DNA from: a plasmid
Direction: 5' to 3' (one strand)
DNA: 64,000 bases
Sequence record: NZ_CP064116.1
A program made the position numbers and the translations under genes. Below the pieces are notes generated by a model. That model had not been told where the DNA came from and did no database searches. It saw nothing but the letters and a program-made list of their open reading frames with translations. This document shows, piece by piece, positions 1 to 11,688 of the stretch (its first letter is position 1; every line of letters begins with the position of its first letter).

Positions 1-1812
1 AAGTGGGACCCGCACTGTTTATCAGCCTGCTGATCATCACCCTGTCCTTTATACCTATCTTTACCCTGGAAGGTCAGGAAGGACGTCTGTTTGGCCCGCT
101 GGCATTCACGAAACGTACTCCATGGCGGGCGCGGCCGCGCTGGCCATCATTGTCATTCCGATCCTGATGGGATTCTGGATCGGGGAAAAATTCCTGCCGA
201 GACCAGTAACCCCCTGAACCGGGTGCTGATCAAAGCGTATCATCCATTGCTGCTGCGGGTCCTCCACTGGCCAAAAACAACCCTGCTGGTTGCGGCCTTG
301 TCCATTTTCACCGTTGTATGGCCATTGAGTCAGGTGGGGGGGGGAGTTTCTGCCGAAGATCAATGAGGGCGACCTGCTGTATATGCCGTCAACATTGCCT
401 GGCGTCTCTCCGGCAGAAGCTGCAGCACTCCTGCAGACGACGGACAAGTTAATCAAAAGCGTTCCTGAAGTGGCCTCTGTATTTGGCAAGACCGGTAAAG
501 CAGAGACCGCAACGGATTCCGCACCGCTTGAAATGGTGGAAACCACGATCCAGCTCAAACCTGAGGATCAGTGGCGTCCGGGGTATGACGATTGACAAGA
601 TTATTGAAGAACTCGACAAGACCGTCCGTTTACCGGGTCTGGCAAACCTGTGGGTTCCGCCAATCCGTAACCGTATTGATATGCTCTCAACGGGATCAAA
701 AGCCCGATAGGTATCAAGGTCTCAGGGACTGTCCTGGCCGATATTGATGCGACTGCGCAGAGTATTGAGGCGGTAGCCAAAACCGTGCCGGGCGTGGTGT
801 CTGCCCTGGCTGAGCGACTTGAAGGCGGGCGTTACATCGATATCGATATCAACCGGGAAAAAGGGTCCCGTTACGGTATGACTGTCGGTGATGTACAGCT
901 GTTTGTCTCATCAGCCATCGGCGGCGCAACGGTAGGGGAAACGGTTGAAGGCGTGGCCCGCTACCCGATTAATATTCGCTATCCGCAGGATTACCGGAAC
1001 AGTCCAAATGCATGAAACAGATGCCGATCCTGACCCCGATGAAGCAGCAGATCACGCTGGGCGATGTCGCGGATATTAAGGTCGTTTCAGGGCCGACTAT
1101 GCTGAAAACGGAAAATGCCCGTCCAGCCAGCTGGATTTACATTGACGCGCGCGGCAGGGATATGGTGTCGGTGGTTAATGATATTAAAACGGCTATCAGT
1201 CAGAAAGTGAAACTGAGACCGGGTACCAGCGTGTCATTCTCCGGACAATTTGAACTGCTTGAGCACGCCAACAAGAAACTTAAACTGATGGTGCCGATGA
1301 CGGTGATGATCATTTTCATCCTGTTGTATCTGGCGTTCCGCCGGGTTGATGAAGCGTTGTTGATCCTGATGAGTCTGCCGTTCGCCCTGGTTGGCGGGAT
1401 ATGGTTCCTGTACTGGCAGGGCTTCCATATGTCAGTCGCAACCGGAACCGGGTTTATCGCCCTGGCCGGTGTGGCAGCAGAGTTTGGCGTGGTCATGCTG
1501 ATGTATCTGCGTCATGCCATTGAAGCGCATCCGGAACTGTCAAACAAGGAAACGTTCACACCGGAAGGTCTTGATGAAGCCCTTTATCATGGTGCCGTGC
1601 TGCGTGTCCGGCCGAAAGCCATGACCGTGGCGGTGATCATCGCGGGTCTGCTGCCGATACTCTGGGGAACCGGCGCAGGTTCAGAAGTCATGAGCCGTAT
1701 TGCGGCCCCCATGATTGGCGGGATGATCACAGCTCCGCTGCTGTCCCTGTTCATTATTCCTGCCGCCTATAAACTCATCTGGCTGCGCAGACATAAAAAG
1801 AGCGTGTCATAA
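1..1812 (+). pseudogene. silA: 3' portion of RND efflux pump gene silA (CusA family), broken into 5 frame-shifted pieces
   Basis: ORFs 91-366, 383-595, 483-710, 785-1015 and 1012-1812 in different + frames form one contiguous CusA/SilA-like sequence (…VWPLSQVGG / [14 protein letters not shown]… / …[19 protein letters not shown]…[16 protein letters not shown]). A G-run at ~339-349 sits at one frame switch. Confidence 0.85.
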
Positions 1813-1820
1813 CCCTGAAA

Positions 1821-1844
1821 GGACACCCCTGCGGGTGTCCTTTT
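1821..1844 (+). terminator. rho-independent terminator after silA
   Basis: Hairpin ggacaccc-ctgc-gggtgtcc followed by TTTT, immediately after the silA stop. Confidence 0.6.
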
Positions 1845-1897
1845 GCATAAATTCACCCTGACGTCAGGGTTTACATCGATAACATACAGAGGTGAGT

Positions 1898-2339
1898 ATG
1901 AAAAAAATAATTTTAATGGCCCTGGCTTTGGCCTTTCACTTCCGGCAATGGCAGGTGAAAAAGTAATAGACATGTACAAGTCTGAAAAACTGGTGGTTGC
2001 TGTTCCCTGTGGGGCAAGGCGATGGAAAAGGACGGGTTTGAGGTACGGACCCACGTCATGAATGATCAGGCTCTGTCAGCCCTGAAAGAAAAATATGCTG
2101 TTCCTGCTGAGCTGAGAAGCTGTCATACCGCAGTTACTGGTAATTTGATCATTGAAGGTCATGTGCCTGCCACAACGATACATAAGGCAATGCAGTCTGA
2201 TTCAGGGATTTATGGCCTTGCCACCCCCGGTATGCCTGCGGGAAGCCCGGGAATGGAGATGGGGGCCCGTAAAGAGGCTTACGATGTTATCGCATTCTCT
2301 CCGGAGGGCAGTAAAAAGATCTTCCAGCGAATCGAATAG
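1898..2339 (+). pseudogene. Periplasmic DUF411/CopG-like metal-binding protein (orf105-like gene between silA and silP), frameshifted near its start
   Basis: ATG at 1898 with a signal-peptide-like start (MKKIILMALALAF) stops after 22 codons. The frame shifts inside an A-run (1901-1910) and continues in ORFs 1843-2061 and 2022-2339 (…GLATPGMPAGSPGMEMG…). Position between silA and silP. Confidence 0.6.
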
Positions 2340-2543
2340 TCAGCGGAACGGCTGTTAACGGGACGCCGGTAGCAGGCACTCCTGTGCCGGCGACATTCGT
2401 GGTAATCGCATCCATGACATAACCTGAATACAGAAGACGCTTCAGGTTTGCATAAGGAGAGTTACTGTGAAAAATGACAATGCAGTGCAACACAACACCA
2501 GACTGCCTCTGAACAGACATTATCCCCGGACGAGAGTCACGTA

Positions 2544-4904
2544 TTGCATAAGGTGAGAGATCCCGTGTGCGGGATGACAATCATGCCCGATAAGGCGCAC
2601 AGCAGCATTCGATACCAGGAGCATCAGCTTTATTTCTGCTCCGCCAGCTGTGAGAGCAAATTTAAAGCTCATCCCGATCATTATCTTACAGAAGATGCCA
2701 GTGAACATTCCCATCACCACCATCACCACGAGGTCATCCCTGATCAGATAAAACAGCCTCACCACCAGGCGGAGAACGATATTTCTGAAGGTGTGTGGAC
2801 ATGCCCGATGCACCCGGAGATACGCCGTCGTGGTCCAGGAAGCTGTCCTGTCTGTGGAATGGCACTGGAACCACTCGTAGCCACGGCATCCACGGGGCCG
2901 AGTGATGAACTTCGCGACATGACAAGACGCTTCTGGCTGGGGTTGTTGCTGGCGTTTCCGGTTCTGATACTCGAAATGGATCTCATCTGTTTCCCGCCTT
3001 GAGAAATACAGTATCGCCACAGTACAACACATGGCTGCAGCTGCTTCTGGCCTCTCCTGTCGTGTTGTGGTGTGGCTGGCCATTTTTCGCCCGGGCCGGG
3101 ATGTCGTTACGTAACCGTTCCCTGAATATGTTTACCCTTGTTGCTATGGGGACCGGCGTAGCCTGGGTTTACAGCGTCATTGCAACTGTCTTCCCTCCTG
3201 GTTTCCTGCATCGTTCAGAAACATGGATGGCCTGGTGGCCGTTTATTTTGAAGCCGCGCAGTAATTACGGTGCTTGTACTGCTGGGACAGGTTCTTGAGC
3301 TGCGGGCACGGGAACAAACCTCAGGTGCCATTACTGCGCTTCTGAACCTTGCCCCCAAAACCGCCAGGCGGCTGGACCATGACGGTCATGAAACGGATAT
3401 TAATGCGGAAGATGTCCTGCCTGGCGATAAGCTCCGCATCAGACCTGGGGAGAGTATTCCGGTCGACGGTATCGTGGTCGAAGGCACAACAACCGTTGAT
3501 GAATCGATGGTGACCGGGGAGTCTATGCCGGTTACCAAAACGGAGGGTGCCCCTGTCATTGGGGGGACGATTAATCAGACAGGTAGTCTTATCATCCGTG
3601 CAGAGAAAGTCGGAGATGAAACGATGCTCTCACGAATTGTTCAGATGGTCGCTGATGCACAGCGTTCGCGAGCCCCCATCCAGAGAATGGCTGACAGCGT
3701 TTCAGGCTGGTTTGTTCCTCTGGTGATACTTATCGCGGTTGTTGCTTTCGTGATCTGGTCTGTCTGGGGGCCCGAGCCCAGGATGGCGCACGGTCTGATT
3801 GCGGCTGTGTCGGTCCTGATTATTGCCTGTCCCTGCGCGCTGGGGCTGGCCACGCCGATGTCGATAATGGTGGGGGTGGGCAAAGGAGCCCAGGCCGGGG
3901 TGTTAATCAAAAATGCCGAAGCCCTTGAGCGTCTTGAAAAAGTGGACACGCTGGTTGTCGACAAAACAGGCACGCTCACCGAAGGTTCGCCTACGGTGAC
4001 AGGAATTATCAGTCTCAGTCCGGGTGGGGAAGCCTCTCTTTTGCGTGTAACGGCCGCAGTGGAAAAAGGCTCGCAGCATCCGCTGGGTATGGCAGTCGTC
4101 AGAGCAGCACAGGAAAAGGGGATCGCAATACCCGCAGTCACTCATTTCGATGCGCCGTCGGGTAAAGGTGTCACAGGCGATGTCGAAGGTCAACGGATTG
4201 TTATTGGTAATGAACTGGTTATGCAGGAAAACAGTATCGTTATTGATAATCAAAAGGCCGTTGCGGATACGTTGCGGATGGAAGGCGCTACCGTTATCTA
4301 TGTGGCCACGGACGGGGACCTTGCAGGCCTGATAGCTATTTCGGATCCCGTGAAAGCAACCACGCCGGATGCACTTAAAGCGTTGCGTCAGGCGGGGATC
4401 CGCATTGTTATGCTCACCGGGGATAACCAGCTAACAGCTGAAGCCGTCGCACGAAAACTGGGAATAGAGGATGTTGAAGCCGGGATTCTGCCGGATGGCA
4501 AAAAAGCAGTGATAACCCGACTGAAAGCGTCTGGTCATGTGGTTGCGATGGCCGGAGACGGTGTGAATGATGCCCCGGCGCTGGCAGCGGCTGACGTGGG
4601 TATAGCCATGGGAACGGGTACAGATGTGGCAATTGAAAGTGCCGGAGTCACCCTTCTCAAAGGCGACCTGATGATACTGAACAGGGCCCGTCATCTGTCA
4701 GAGATCACCATGAAAAATATCCGACAGAATCTGTTTTTTGCATTTATCTACAACGCACTTGGTGTGCCGGTGGCTGCAGGCCTGCTTTATCCTGTGTATG
4801 GAATACTGCTGTCGCCAGTTATTGCGGCGGCGGCCATGGCTCTTTCTTCCGTCAGCGTCATTGTGAATGCGTTGCGTCTGAAAAGTGTCAGGCTCGGGAA
4901 ATAA
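2544..4904 (+). pseudogene. silP: P1B-type heavy-metal-translocating ATPase SilP with two frameshifts in the 5' third
   Basis: Three consecutive + ORFs (2544-3002, 2999-3298, 3270-4904). The N-terminus has a CxxC metal-binding motif and a His-rich stretch. The 544-aa C-terminal piece has CPC, DKTGTLT and GDGVNDAP motifs. Confidence 0.85.
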
Positions 4905-4944
4905 CACTGAGTGAAGGGTCTGTTATGAACAGAAGGAGTCCAGT

Positions 4945-5142
4945 ATGAAAAGTACCACCTATGCGCTTATTGCTGTCGCCGCGATCGCGGCATTTGCCCT
5001 CCTGCGAGAACACTGGTCACATGTGGCAGGTTACTGGCCATATCTGTTATTGCTGGTCTGCCCGCTAATGCATCTTTTCCACGGCCACGGAGGGCATGGG
5101 GATCACCAACATCACGGAAGTGAAAACGATAAAAAAAATTAA
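4945..5142 (+). CDS. Small His-rich membrane protein (DUF2933-like) downstream of silP
   Basis: 65-aa ORF with a hydrophobic N-terminal half and a HGHGGHGDHQHHG tail, 41 bp after the silP stop. Confidence 0.5.
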   Translation: MKSTTYALIAVAAIAAFALLREHWSHVAGYWPYLLLLVCPLMHLFHGHGGHGDHQHHGSENDKKN

Positions 5143-5175
5143 TCCGGCAAACGGGGCCGCGTCGCGGTCCCGTTA

Positions 5176-5913
5176 TCAGTCCAGGTATCGTTCGTAGTCT
5201 CTGGCATGCGCAAAGGCATGCTGTTCGAGTTTGTTATCAGCGGGTGCCGATGCCCGGAACGCCAGTGAATTAACAGGATTGTTATTGATGACCAGCTCGT
5301 AATGTAAATGAGGACCGGATGAACGTCCGCTGTTACCGGATAACGCAATAGCACCTCCCCGGGTAACTCTGGCCCCTTTAGTAACGAGTATTTTATTGAG
5401 GTGGAGATAGCGAGTTTTAACACCGGCTTTTCCCGTTACTTCAACAAAATATCCCATGGTACTGTTGTATTCGGCCCGGGTGATTTTTCCGTCGATGACG
5501 CTGACTATTTTCGTGTTCATGGGCATGGAATAATCAATGCCATTATGGGGACTCACTTTTCCCGATACCGGGTTAAGTCTTGCAGGATTGAAAGGTGAAC
5601 TGAGTCTTGCTGTGGCTGGTAACGGATAATCGAGACTGCCTTTCCCGGAAGTATCGGAAAGATTATAGAACTTTTTGTCTGATATACGATACGCCGTGTA
5701 ATTAAATGAGCCGGACGTAAATTTATAAGCCACTACACGTGATTTTCCCGCTTTCTTTTGCAGTACGAGTTTTAATGATTCATTTTTTTTCAAATGCCGA
5801 AGATTAAAGCGGGAAGGCAAAGAGCGCTGAAGGATAGCGATCTCGTTCGATTCCAGCCCCGAGCGGGTGGCTGAAAGGTAAGCATTTTCTTTTACGACAT
5901 CGGTAGAATACAT
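5176..5913 (-). CDS. M23 family metallopeptidase (LysM-less, YebA-like)
   Basis: 245-aa ORF with an HxxxD…GxSGxSxGPHLHYE-type M23 signature (NGIDYSMP…GNSGRSSGPHLHYEL). Confidence 0.75.
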   Translation of the reverse strand: MYSTDVVKENAYLSATRSGLESNEIAILQRSLPSRFNLRHLKKNESLKLVLQKKAGKSRVVAYKFTSGSFNYTAYRISDKKFYNLSDTSGKGSLDYPLPATARLSSPFNPARLNPVSGKVSPHNGIDYSMPMNTKIVSVIDGKITRAEYNSTMGYFVEVTGKAGVKTRYLHLNKILVTKGARVTRGGAIALSGNSGRSSGPHLHYELVINNNPVNSLAFRASAPADNKLEQHAFAHARDYERYLD

Positions 5914-6201
5914 TTACTGGAATTCGCCGTTAGCATGAACACTGCGGCGTATGCTAGGGGTTTTCAGGAGGAGTGTCATCTGCCAGTTAATCGGGAGCAC
6001 CGTTGATGGTCGTCATTTTTGTAACATATCTTGTTTCCCGTTTGCTCCTGAAGCTCTGGGAAGTGTATGACCAGCCCGGCGGTGATGATTAACGGGTCTG
6101 AAACAGGTTACGGCAGAGCAATATGAAGCTCATGTCCTGCGACGTAACCCGTCAGTGAAACCCTGCTGCGCACCTGACGCTAAGCACTAACCCACCTGCC
6201 T

Positions 6202-6651
6202 TTACCTGGACGAATCCAGCCCACGAAGCTTTCTTGCCTGCGTCTGATGAGCTTCCGCAGCGGCATTATTGACCTGCTCATGCACGAGGGCGGCTTTCTC
6301 TCCGGCATTCAGTTCGTTAAAAGAAGAAGATGATGTCTCTGAATTTGCGTCACTCCCGGACAGCATTTTTTTATGTTCCTCAATCATTTTTTGATGTGCA
6401 TAGGACGCGCTGTTGTTCATAAATGAATGCGCAACAATGGCCCTTTCATGTTCATTCATTTCAGAGAATGATGGCGTGCTCTTTTTATTAATCCTGCCCG
6501 GCAAGTTTTCATGCGTCGAGGAATTAACATGACTGACGGCTGAGGCATTGTTCACGAATCGATGTGCTTCATGGGCAATATCACTGGACTTGGCAAAAAC
6601 TGCCCCACAAAATAAAGCTGTAAACGCAGTGGTAGTGATTAATATATTCAT
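6202..6651 (-). CDS. PcoE/SilE-family periplasmic metal-binding protein (second, divergent copy)
   Basis: 149-aa ORF with a signal peptide and repeated HExx/Met-His-rich motifs. Divergently oriented upstream of pcoA. Confidence 0.7.
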   Translation of the reverse strand: MNILITTTAFTALFCGAVFAKSSDIAHEAHRFVNNASAVSHVNSSTHENLPGRINKKSTPSFSEMNEHERAIVAHSFMNNSASYAHQKMIEEHKKMLSGSDANSETSSSSFNELNAGEKAALVHEQVNNAAAEAHQTQARKLRGLDSSR

Positions 6652-6723
6652 GTGTGATTACCTTCTTAGGTACATAAAAGATGTCATCACGATCATATAT
6701 AAAAATAATCAATCTGTGGTGAA

Positions 6724-6758
6724 GATGACGTAAATGTAATACAGCTACGTACATTACA
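6724..6758. promoter_or_regulatory. TGTAAT/ATTACA palindromic repeats (copper-box-like operator) in the divergent intergenic region before pcoA
   Basis: Sequence tgtaatacagctacgtacattacacgattgtaat, 130-160 bp upstream of the pcoA start. Confidence 0.35.
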
Positions 6759-6885
6759 CGATTGTAATGAATTTGTTTCTTAAGGTGTGCTAGCTTCATT
6801 TCATTGTAAGAGGATGAACCAGAAATTTAATTTAAATCGGTTCTCGAACTTTGTCAGTAACCATACTTTAAATAAGGGAACGCGC

Positions 6886-8703
6886 ATGCTGTTGAAAACG
6901 TCTCGACGAACTTTCCTGAAGGGATTAACCCTCTCTGGCGTAGCCGGAAGTCTTGGCGTATGGAGTTTCAATGCGCGTTCCAGTCTGAGCCTGCCAGTTG
7001 CCGCATCCCTGCAGGGTACTCAGTTTGACCTGACCATTGGTGAAACGGCCGTCAATATCACTGGCAGTGAGCGTCAGGCCAAAACAATCAATGGAGGCCT
7101 GCCGGGGCCCGTTCTTCGCTGGAAAGAAGGTGACACCATTACCCTGAAGGTCAAGAACCGTCTTAATGAACAGACGTCCATTCACTGGCACGGCATTATT
7201 CTTCCAGCCAATATGGATGGTGTTCCGGGGCTGAGTTTTAGGGGCATAGAGCCTGATGATACCTACGTTTACACCTTTAAGGTTAAGCAGAACGGGACTT
7301 ACTGGTACCACAGCCATTCCGGTCTGCAGGAACAGGAGGGGGTATACGGTGCCATTATCATCGATGCCAGGGAGCCGGAACCGTTTGCTTACGATCGTGA
7401 GCACGTGGTCATGTTGTCTGACTGGACCGATGAAAATCCTCACAGTCTTCTGAAAAAATTAAAAAAACAGTCGGATTACTACAATTTCAATAAACCAACC
7501 ATTGGCTCTTTTTTCCGCGACGTGAATACCAGGGGGCTGTCAGCCACTATTGCCGATCGGAAAATGTGGGCTGAAATGAAAATGAATCCGACTGACCTCG
7601 CGGATGTCAGTGGCTACACCTACACCTATCTCATGAACGGTCAGGCCCCGCTGAAAAACTGGACCGGGCTGTTCCGTCCCGGTGAAAAGATACGCTTACG
7701 GTTTATCAACGGTTCGGCAATGACCTATTTCGATATCCGCATCCCCGGGCTGAAAATGACGGTCGTGGCTGCAGATGGCCAGTATGTAAACCCGGTTACC
7801 GTTGACGAATTCAGGATTGCCGTTGCCGAAACCTATGATGTCATTGTGGAGCCTCAGGGTGAGGCCTATACCATCTTCGCACAATCCATGGACAGGACCG
7901 GCTACGCTCGGGGGACACTGGCCACGAGAGAGGGGTTAAGTGCTGCCGTTCCCGCCCTGGATCCACGTCCTCTGTTGACCATGGAAGATATGGGTATGGG
8001 AGGAATGGGGCATGATATGGCAGGAATGGACCACAGCCAGATGGGGGGCATGAATAACAGCGGAGAGATGATGTCTATGGACGGTGCTGAGCTTGCGGAT
8101 AGCGGGACATCCTCCGCACCCATGGATCACAGCAGCATGACTGGTATGGATCATTCCCAGATGGCCGGAATGCCGGGTATGCAAAGTCATCCTGCGTCAG
8201 AAACGGGTAACCCACTGGTTGATATGCAGGCGATGAGCGTCTCTCCGAAATTAAACGATCCGGGTATCGGTCTTCGAAATAACGGAAGAAAGGTTCTCAC
8301 GTACGCGGATTTGAAAAGCCGCTTTGAGGATCCTGACGGACGTGAACCTGGCCGCACCATAGAACTGCATTTAACCGGTCACATGGAAAAGTTTGCCTGG
8401 TCATTTAACGGAATCAAGTTTTCAGATGCCGCACCGGTGCTGCTGAAATACGGTGAGCGACTCAGGATCACTCTGGTCAACGATACCATGATGACTCACC
8501 CCATTCACCTGCATGGTATGTGGAGCGATCTGGAAGATGAAAACGGTAATTTCATGGTTCGTAAACACACAATAGATATTCCCCCTGGTACAAAACGCAG
8601 TTACAGAGTGACAGCAGATGCGCTTGGCCGCTGGGCGTATCACTGCCATTTGCTCTATCACATGGAAATGGGAATGTTTCGTGAAGTCCGGGTGGAGGAA
8701 TGA
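6886..8703 (+). CDS. pcoA: Multicopper oxidase PcoA (Tat-secreted)
   Basis: Start [14 protein letters not shown] (twin-arginine motif) with an AAGGGAA RBS. Cupredoxin His motifs ([16 protein letters not shown]) and a Met-rich central region. Confidence 0.9.
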   Translation: MLLKTSRRTFLKGLTLSGVAGSLGVWSFNARSSLSLPVAASLQGTQFDLTIGETAVNITGSERQAKTINGGLPGPVLRWKEGDTITLKVKNRLNEQTSIHWHGIILPANMDGVPGLSFRGIEPDDTYVYTFKVKQNGTYWYHSHSGLQEQEGVYGAIIIDAREPEPFAYDREHVVMLSDWTDENPHSLLKKLKKQSDYYNFNKPTIGSFFRDVNTRGLSATIADRKMWAEMKMNPTDLADVSGYTYTYLMNGQAPLKNWTGLFRPGEKIRLRFINGSAMTYFDIRIPGLKMTVVAADGQYVNPVTVDEFRIAVAETYDVIVEPQGEAYTIFAQSMDRTGYARGTLATREGLSAAVPALDPRPLLTMEDMGMGGMGHDMAGMDHSQMGGMNNSGEMMSMDGAELADSGTSSAPMDHSSMTGMDHSQMAGMPGMQSHPASETGNPLVDMQAMSVSPKLNDPGIGLRNNGRKVLTYADLKSRFEDPDGREPGRTIELHLTGHMEKFAWSFNGIKFSDAAPVLLKYGERLRITLVNDTMMTHPIHLHGMWSDLEDENGNFMVRKHTIDIPPGTKRSYRVTADALGRWAYHCHLLYHMEMGMFREVRVEE

Positions 8704-9599
8704 TGCGAATGAAGAGAAGTTTTAAGGCCATAACTGTTCTGGTCGCTGGTTTGTTTACCTCACCGTTTTCTATTGCGGCGGGCTCCGTCTCTGCAGATCC
8801 TCATGCCGGGCACGACATGTCTTCCATGCAGATGCCGGTAGATGAGAATTTCACTGAGATGACGTCAATGGAGCCCATTGTAACTGAGAGCAGAACGCCA
8901 ATTCCGCCTGTTACCGATGCCGACCGGAAGGCTGCATTCGGCAATTTACCGGGGCATGCGATTCACGACAGTGCGATTAATTATCTGGTCTTGCTGGATC
9001 AACTGGAATGGCAACGGTCGGATAACACCAATAATTTCAGCTGGAGTGTTAACAGCTGGATTGGAGGCGACACTGACCGGCTCTGGCTAAAGAGTGAAGG
9101 CGAACGAAGCGGGGGGAAAACGGAGACGGCAGAAGCCCAGCTACTCTGGGGGCATGCGGTTGGCCCCTGGTGGGATTTGGTTGCGGGTGTAAGACAGGAT
9201 TTCAGACCTGCTTCAGCCCAGACCTGGGCTGCTGTCGGTTTTCAGGGGCTCGCGCTCTATAATTTTGAGTCTGAAATTACGGCTTTTGTCAGTAATGACG
9301 GAAAAGCAGCCCTCCGTCTGGGGGGAGAATACGACGTTTTACTGACTAACCGGCTCATACTCCAGCCATCCTATGAGGTAAATCTCTACAGTCAGGATGA
9401 TGAATCGCGGGAGCGCGGCAGAGGATTAGCTGACACAGAGCTGGGCCTTCGGCTGCGCTACGAAATACGCCGTGAGTTTGCACCCTATATAGGCGTCTCC
9501 TGGAATCAGCTTTACGGGAAAACGTCCGATATGGCGAAAAGAGAGGGTGAGAAAGACCATCAGGTAGTATTCCTGGCGGGAGCCAGAATCTGGTTTTAA
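8700..9599 (+). CDS. pcoB: Outer-membrane copper resistance protein PcoB
   Basis: 299-aa ORF overlapping the pcoA stop, with a signal peptide and a C-terminal aromatic residue (…ARIWF). Operon position after pcoA. Confidence 0.85.
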   Translation: MMRMKRSFKAITVLVAGLFTSPFSIAAGSVSADPHAGHDMSSMQMPVDENFTEMTSMEPIVTESRTPIPPVTDADRKAAFGNLPGHAIHDSAINYLVLLDQLEWQRSDNTNNFSWSVNSWIGGDTDRLWLKSEGERSGGKTETAEAQLLWGHAVGPWWDLVAGVRQDFRPASAQTWAAVGFQGLALYNFESEITAFVSNDGKAALRLGGEYDVLLTNRLILQPSYEVNLYSQDDESRERGRGLADTELGLRLRYEIRREFAPYIGVSWNQLYGKTSDMAKREGEKDHQVVFLAGARIWF

Positions 9600-9638
9600 T
9601 GCGTTGACTTAAAACACTAAACTAAACAGGTAAATAAT

Positions 9639-10019
9639 ATGTCGATTTTACATAAAGCCATTCTTACAGGTGGCCTGGTTATGGGCGTCGCTTTTTCTGC
9701 TATGGCCCATCCGGAATTAAAAAGCTCTGTGCCACAGGCTGATTCGGCCGTAGCGGCCCCGGATAAGATTCAGCTTAATTTCTCGGAAGATCTGACCGTG
9801 AAATTCTCAGGTGCAAAATTAACGATGACGGGTATGAAAGGTATGTCATCACATTCTCCGATGCCGGTCGCGGCAAAAGTGGCACCAGGCGCTGACCCTA
9901 AATCGATGGTCATTATTCCGCGAGAACCTTTACCCGCTGGCACTTATCGTGTTGACTGGCGCGCAGTTTCTTCAGATACGCACCCTATTACCGGTAATTA
10001 CACCTTTACAGTGAAGTAA
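9639..10019 (+). CDS. pcoC: Periplasmic copper-binding protein PcoC (CopC family)
   Basis: 126-aa ORF with a signal peptide, a Met-rich loop ([13 protein letters not shown]) and HP-class motifs. Gene order. Confidence 0.85.
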   Translation: MSILHKAILTGGLVMGVAFSAMAHPELKSSVPQADSAVAAPDKIQLNFSEDLTVKFSGAKLTMTGMKGMSSHSPMPVAAKVAPGADPKSMVIIPREPLPAGTYRVDWRAVSSDTHPITGNYTFTVK

Positions 10020-10023
10020 TATT

Positions 10024-10953
10024 ATGAACGACCTGATTATGATTGTTATTCGTTTTCTTCTTTATCTTGATTTGATGGTAATATTTGGATTGCCATTTTT
10101 TCAGATATATGGATTAAGTGGTGTCAGACATGAAACGTATAACCTGACTAATTTCAGGTCGTTTATAACCTTTGCTGTTGTTGCAGGCATCATTCTTACT
10201 GGCATTAATATGCTCCTGGTATCTAATGCCATGAGCGGAGTAACTGATCTCAGGGAATTATCCATCCATATTATCGAGATGGTTATAGAAGAAACTGATG
10301 TAGGTATTAGCTGGATTGTCAGACTTTGTGCACTGTTTATCACTCTCGGTGCTTTGTTCCTTTACACTAACAAGAGACTATTGTCCTGCCTGCTGATGAC
10401 GATGAGTGGGGGCGTGGCGCTGGCTACACTTGCCTGGGGAGGACACGCCGTCATGCATGACGGTCTGCATTACTATCTCCATTTACTGAGCGATCTGACT
10501 CATCTCGGCGCTGCAGGTGCCTGGACAGGTGCTCTGGTTGCATTTGCTATCCTGCTGATGCGCAGAAACGCGCACAATGCACAGAGCGTCATTGTGATAT
10601 CTGACTCCCTGGCAAAATTTGCCACGGCAGGTACGGTGATTGTTGTAGCCCTGATCCTGAGTGCGATGGTCAACTATCTGTATATTGCTGAAGGTAACTT
10701 AACCCCCTTATTCAACAGCTCCTGGGGGGGAATATTGCTTGCTAAGACGGCTCTGTTTGTTCTGATGCTTCTTCTGGCTGCAGCAAACCGGTTTCACCTG
10801 GGTCCCCGGCTTGAAGTTATGGTCAGGGAAGGGAATTATGATCGCAGCGTTGCCCTGATGCGAAACAGCATCCTGACAGAATTCGTTGTTGCGATTATCA
10901 TTCTGGGTGCCGTAGCGTGGCTCGGAATGCTTGCTCCGTCTCAGGTCAGCTAA
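10024..10953 (+). CDS. pcoD: Inner-membrane copper resistance protein PcoD (CopD family)
   Basis: 309-aa polytopic membrane ORF immediately after pcoC. Confidence 0.85.
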   Translation: MNDLIMIVIRFLLYLDLMVIFGLPFFQIYGLSGVRHETYNLTNFRSFITFAVVAGIILTGINMLLVSNAMSGVTDLRELSIHIIEMVIEETDVGISWIVRLCALFITLGALFLYTNKRLLSCLLMTMSGGVALATLAWGGHAVMHDGLHYYLHLLSDLTHLGAAGAWTGALVAFAILLMRRNAHNAQSVIVISDSLAKFATAGTVIVVALILSAMVNYLYIAEGNLTPLFNSSWGGILLAKTALFVLMLLLAAANRFHLGPRLEVMVREGNYDRSVALMRNSILTEFVVAIIILGAVAWLGMLAPSQVS

Positions 10954-11001
10954 GGGACAACCAACGCTCACGCGTGAGATTTTTACTTTCATATCAGCGA
11001 G

Positions 11002-11688
11002 TTGACCATGCAGCGTATTTTAATCGTTGAAGACGAACAAAAAACAGGTCGTTACCTGCAGCAGGGACTGGTTGAGGAAGGCTATCAGGCCGATCTCTTT
11101 AATAATGGCCGCGATGGTCTTGGGGCCGCGTCGAAGGGACAGTATGATTTGATAATACTGGACGTGATGCTGCCTTTCCTCGACGGGTGGCAAATCATCA
11201 GCGCACTGAGGAAGTCCGGGCACGAAGAACCGGTCCTGTTTTTAACCGCAAAAGACAACGTGCGGGACAAAGTGAAAGGACTGGAGCTTGGTGCAGATGA
11301 CTACCTGATTAAGCCCTTCGATTTTACGGAGCTGGTTGCACGTGTAAGAACCTTACTGCGGCGGGCACGCTCGCAGTCCGCAACGGTTTGCACCATCGCC
11401 GATATGACCGTTGATATGGTGCGCCGAACCGTGATCCGTTCGGGGAAGAAGATCCATCTCACCGGTAAAGAATACGTTCTGCTTGAGTTGCTGTTGCAAC
11501 GCACCGGAGAAGTGTTACCCAGGAGTCTTATCTCGTCCTTGGTCTGGAATATGAACTTTGACAGTGATACGAATGTGATTGATGTCGCCGTGAGACGTCT
11601 GAGAAGTAAAATTGATGATGACTTTGAACCAAAACTGATCCATACCGTTCGCGGTGCCGGATATGTCCTGGAGATCAGAGAAGAGTGA
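11002..11688 (+). CDS. pcoR: OmpR-family response regulator PcoR
   Basis: Receiver domain (ILIVEDE…LDVMLP) plus a winged-helix C-terminus. Overlaps the pcoS start. Confidence 0.85.
   Translation: MTMQRILIVEDEQKTGRYLQQGLVEEGYQADLFNNGRDGLGAASKGQYDLIILDVMLPFLDGWQIISALRKSGHEEPVLFLTAKDNVRDKVKGLELGADDYLIKPFDFTELVARVRTLLRRARSQSATVCTIADMTVDMVRRTVIRSGKKIHLTGKEYVLLELLLQRTGEVLPRSLISSLVWNMNFDSDTNVIDVAVRRLRSKIDDDFEPKLIHTVRGAGYVLEIREE

Noticed and set aside
106-558. 150-aa minus-strand ORF and other antisense ORFs (1200-1496, 1234-1428) inside silA
   Set aside because: They overlap a strongly supported CusA/SilA coding region on the opposite strand, and their translations are low-complexity off-frame products.
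6787-6885. 5' extension of pcoA (MLASFHCKRMNQKFNLNRF…) proposed by the ORF track
   Set aside because: The Tat signal [14 protein letters not shown] with a good RBS begins at 6886. The extension is AT-rich leader sequence.
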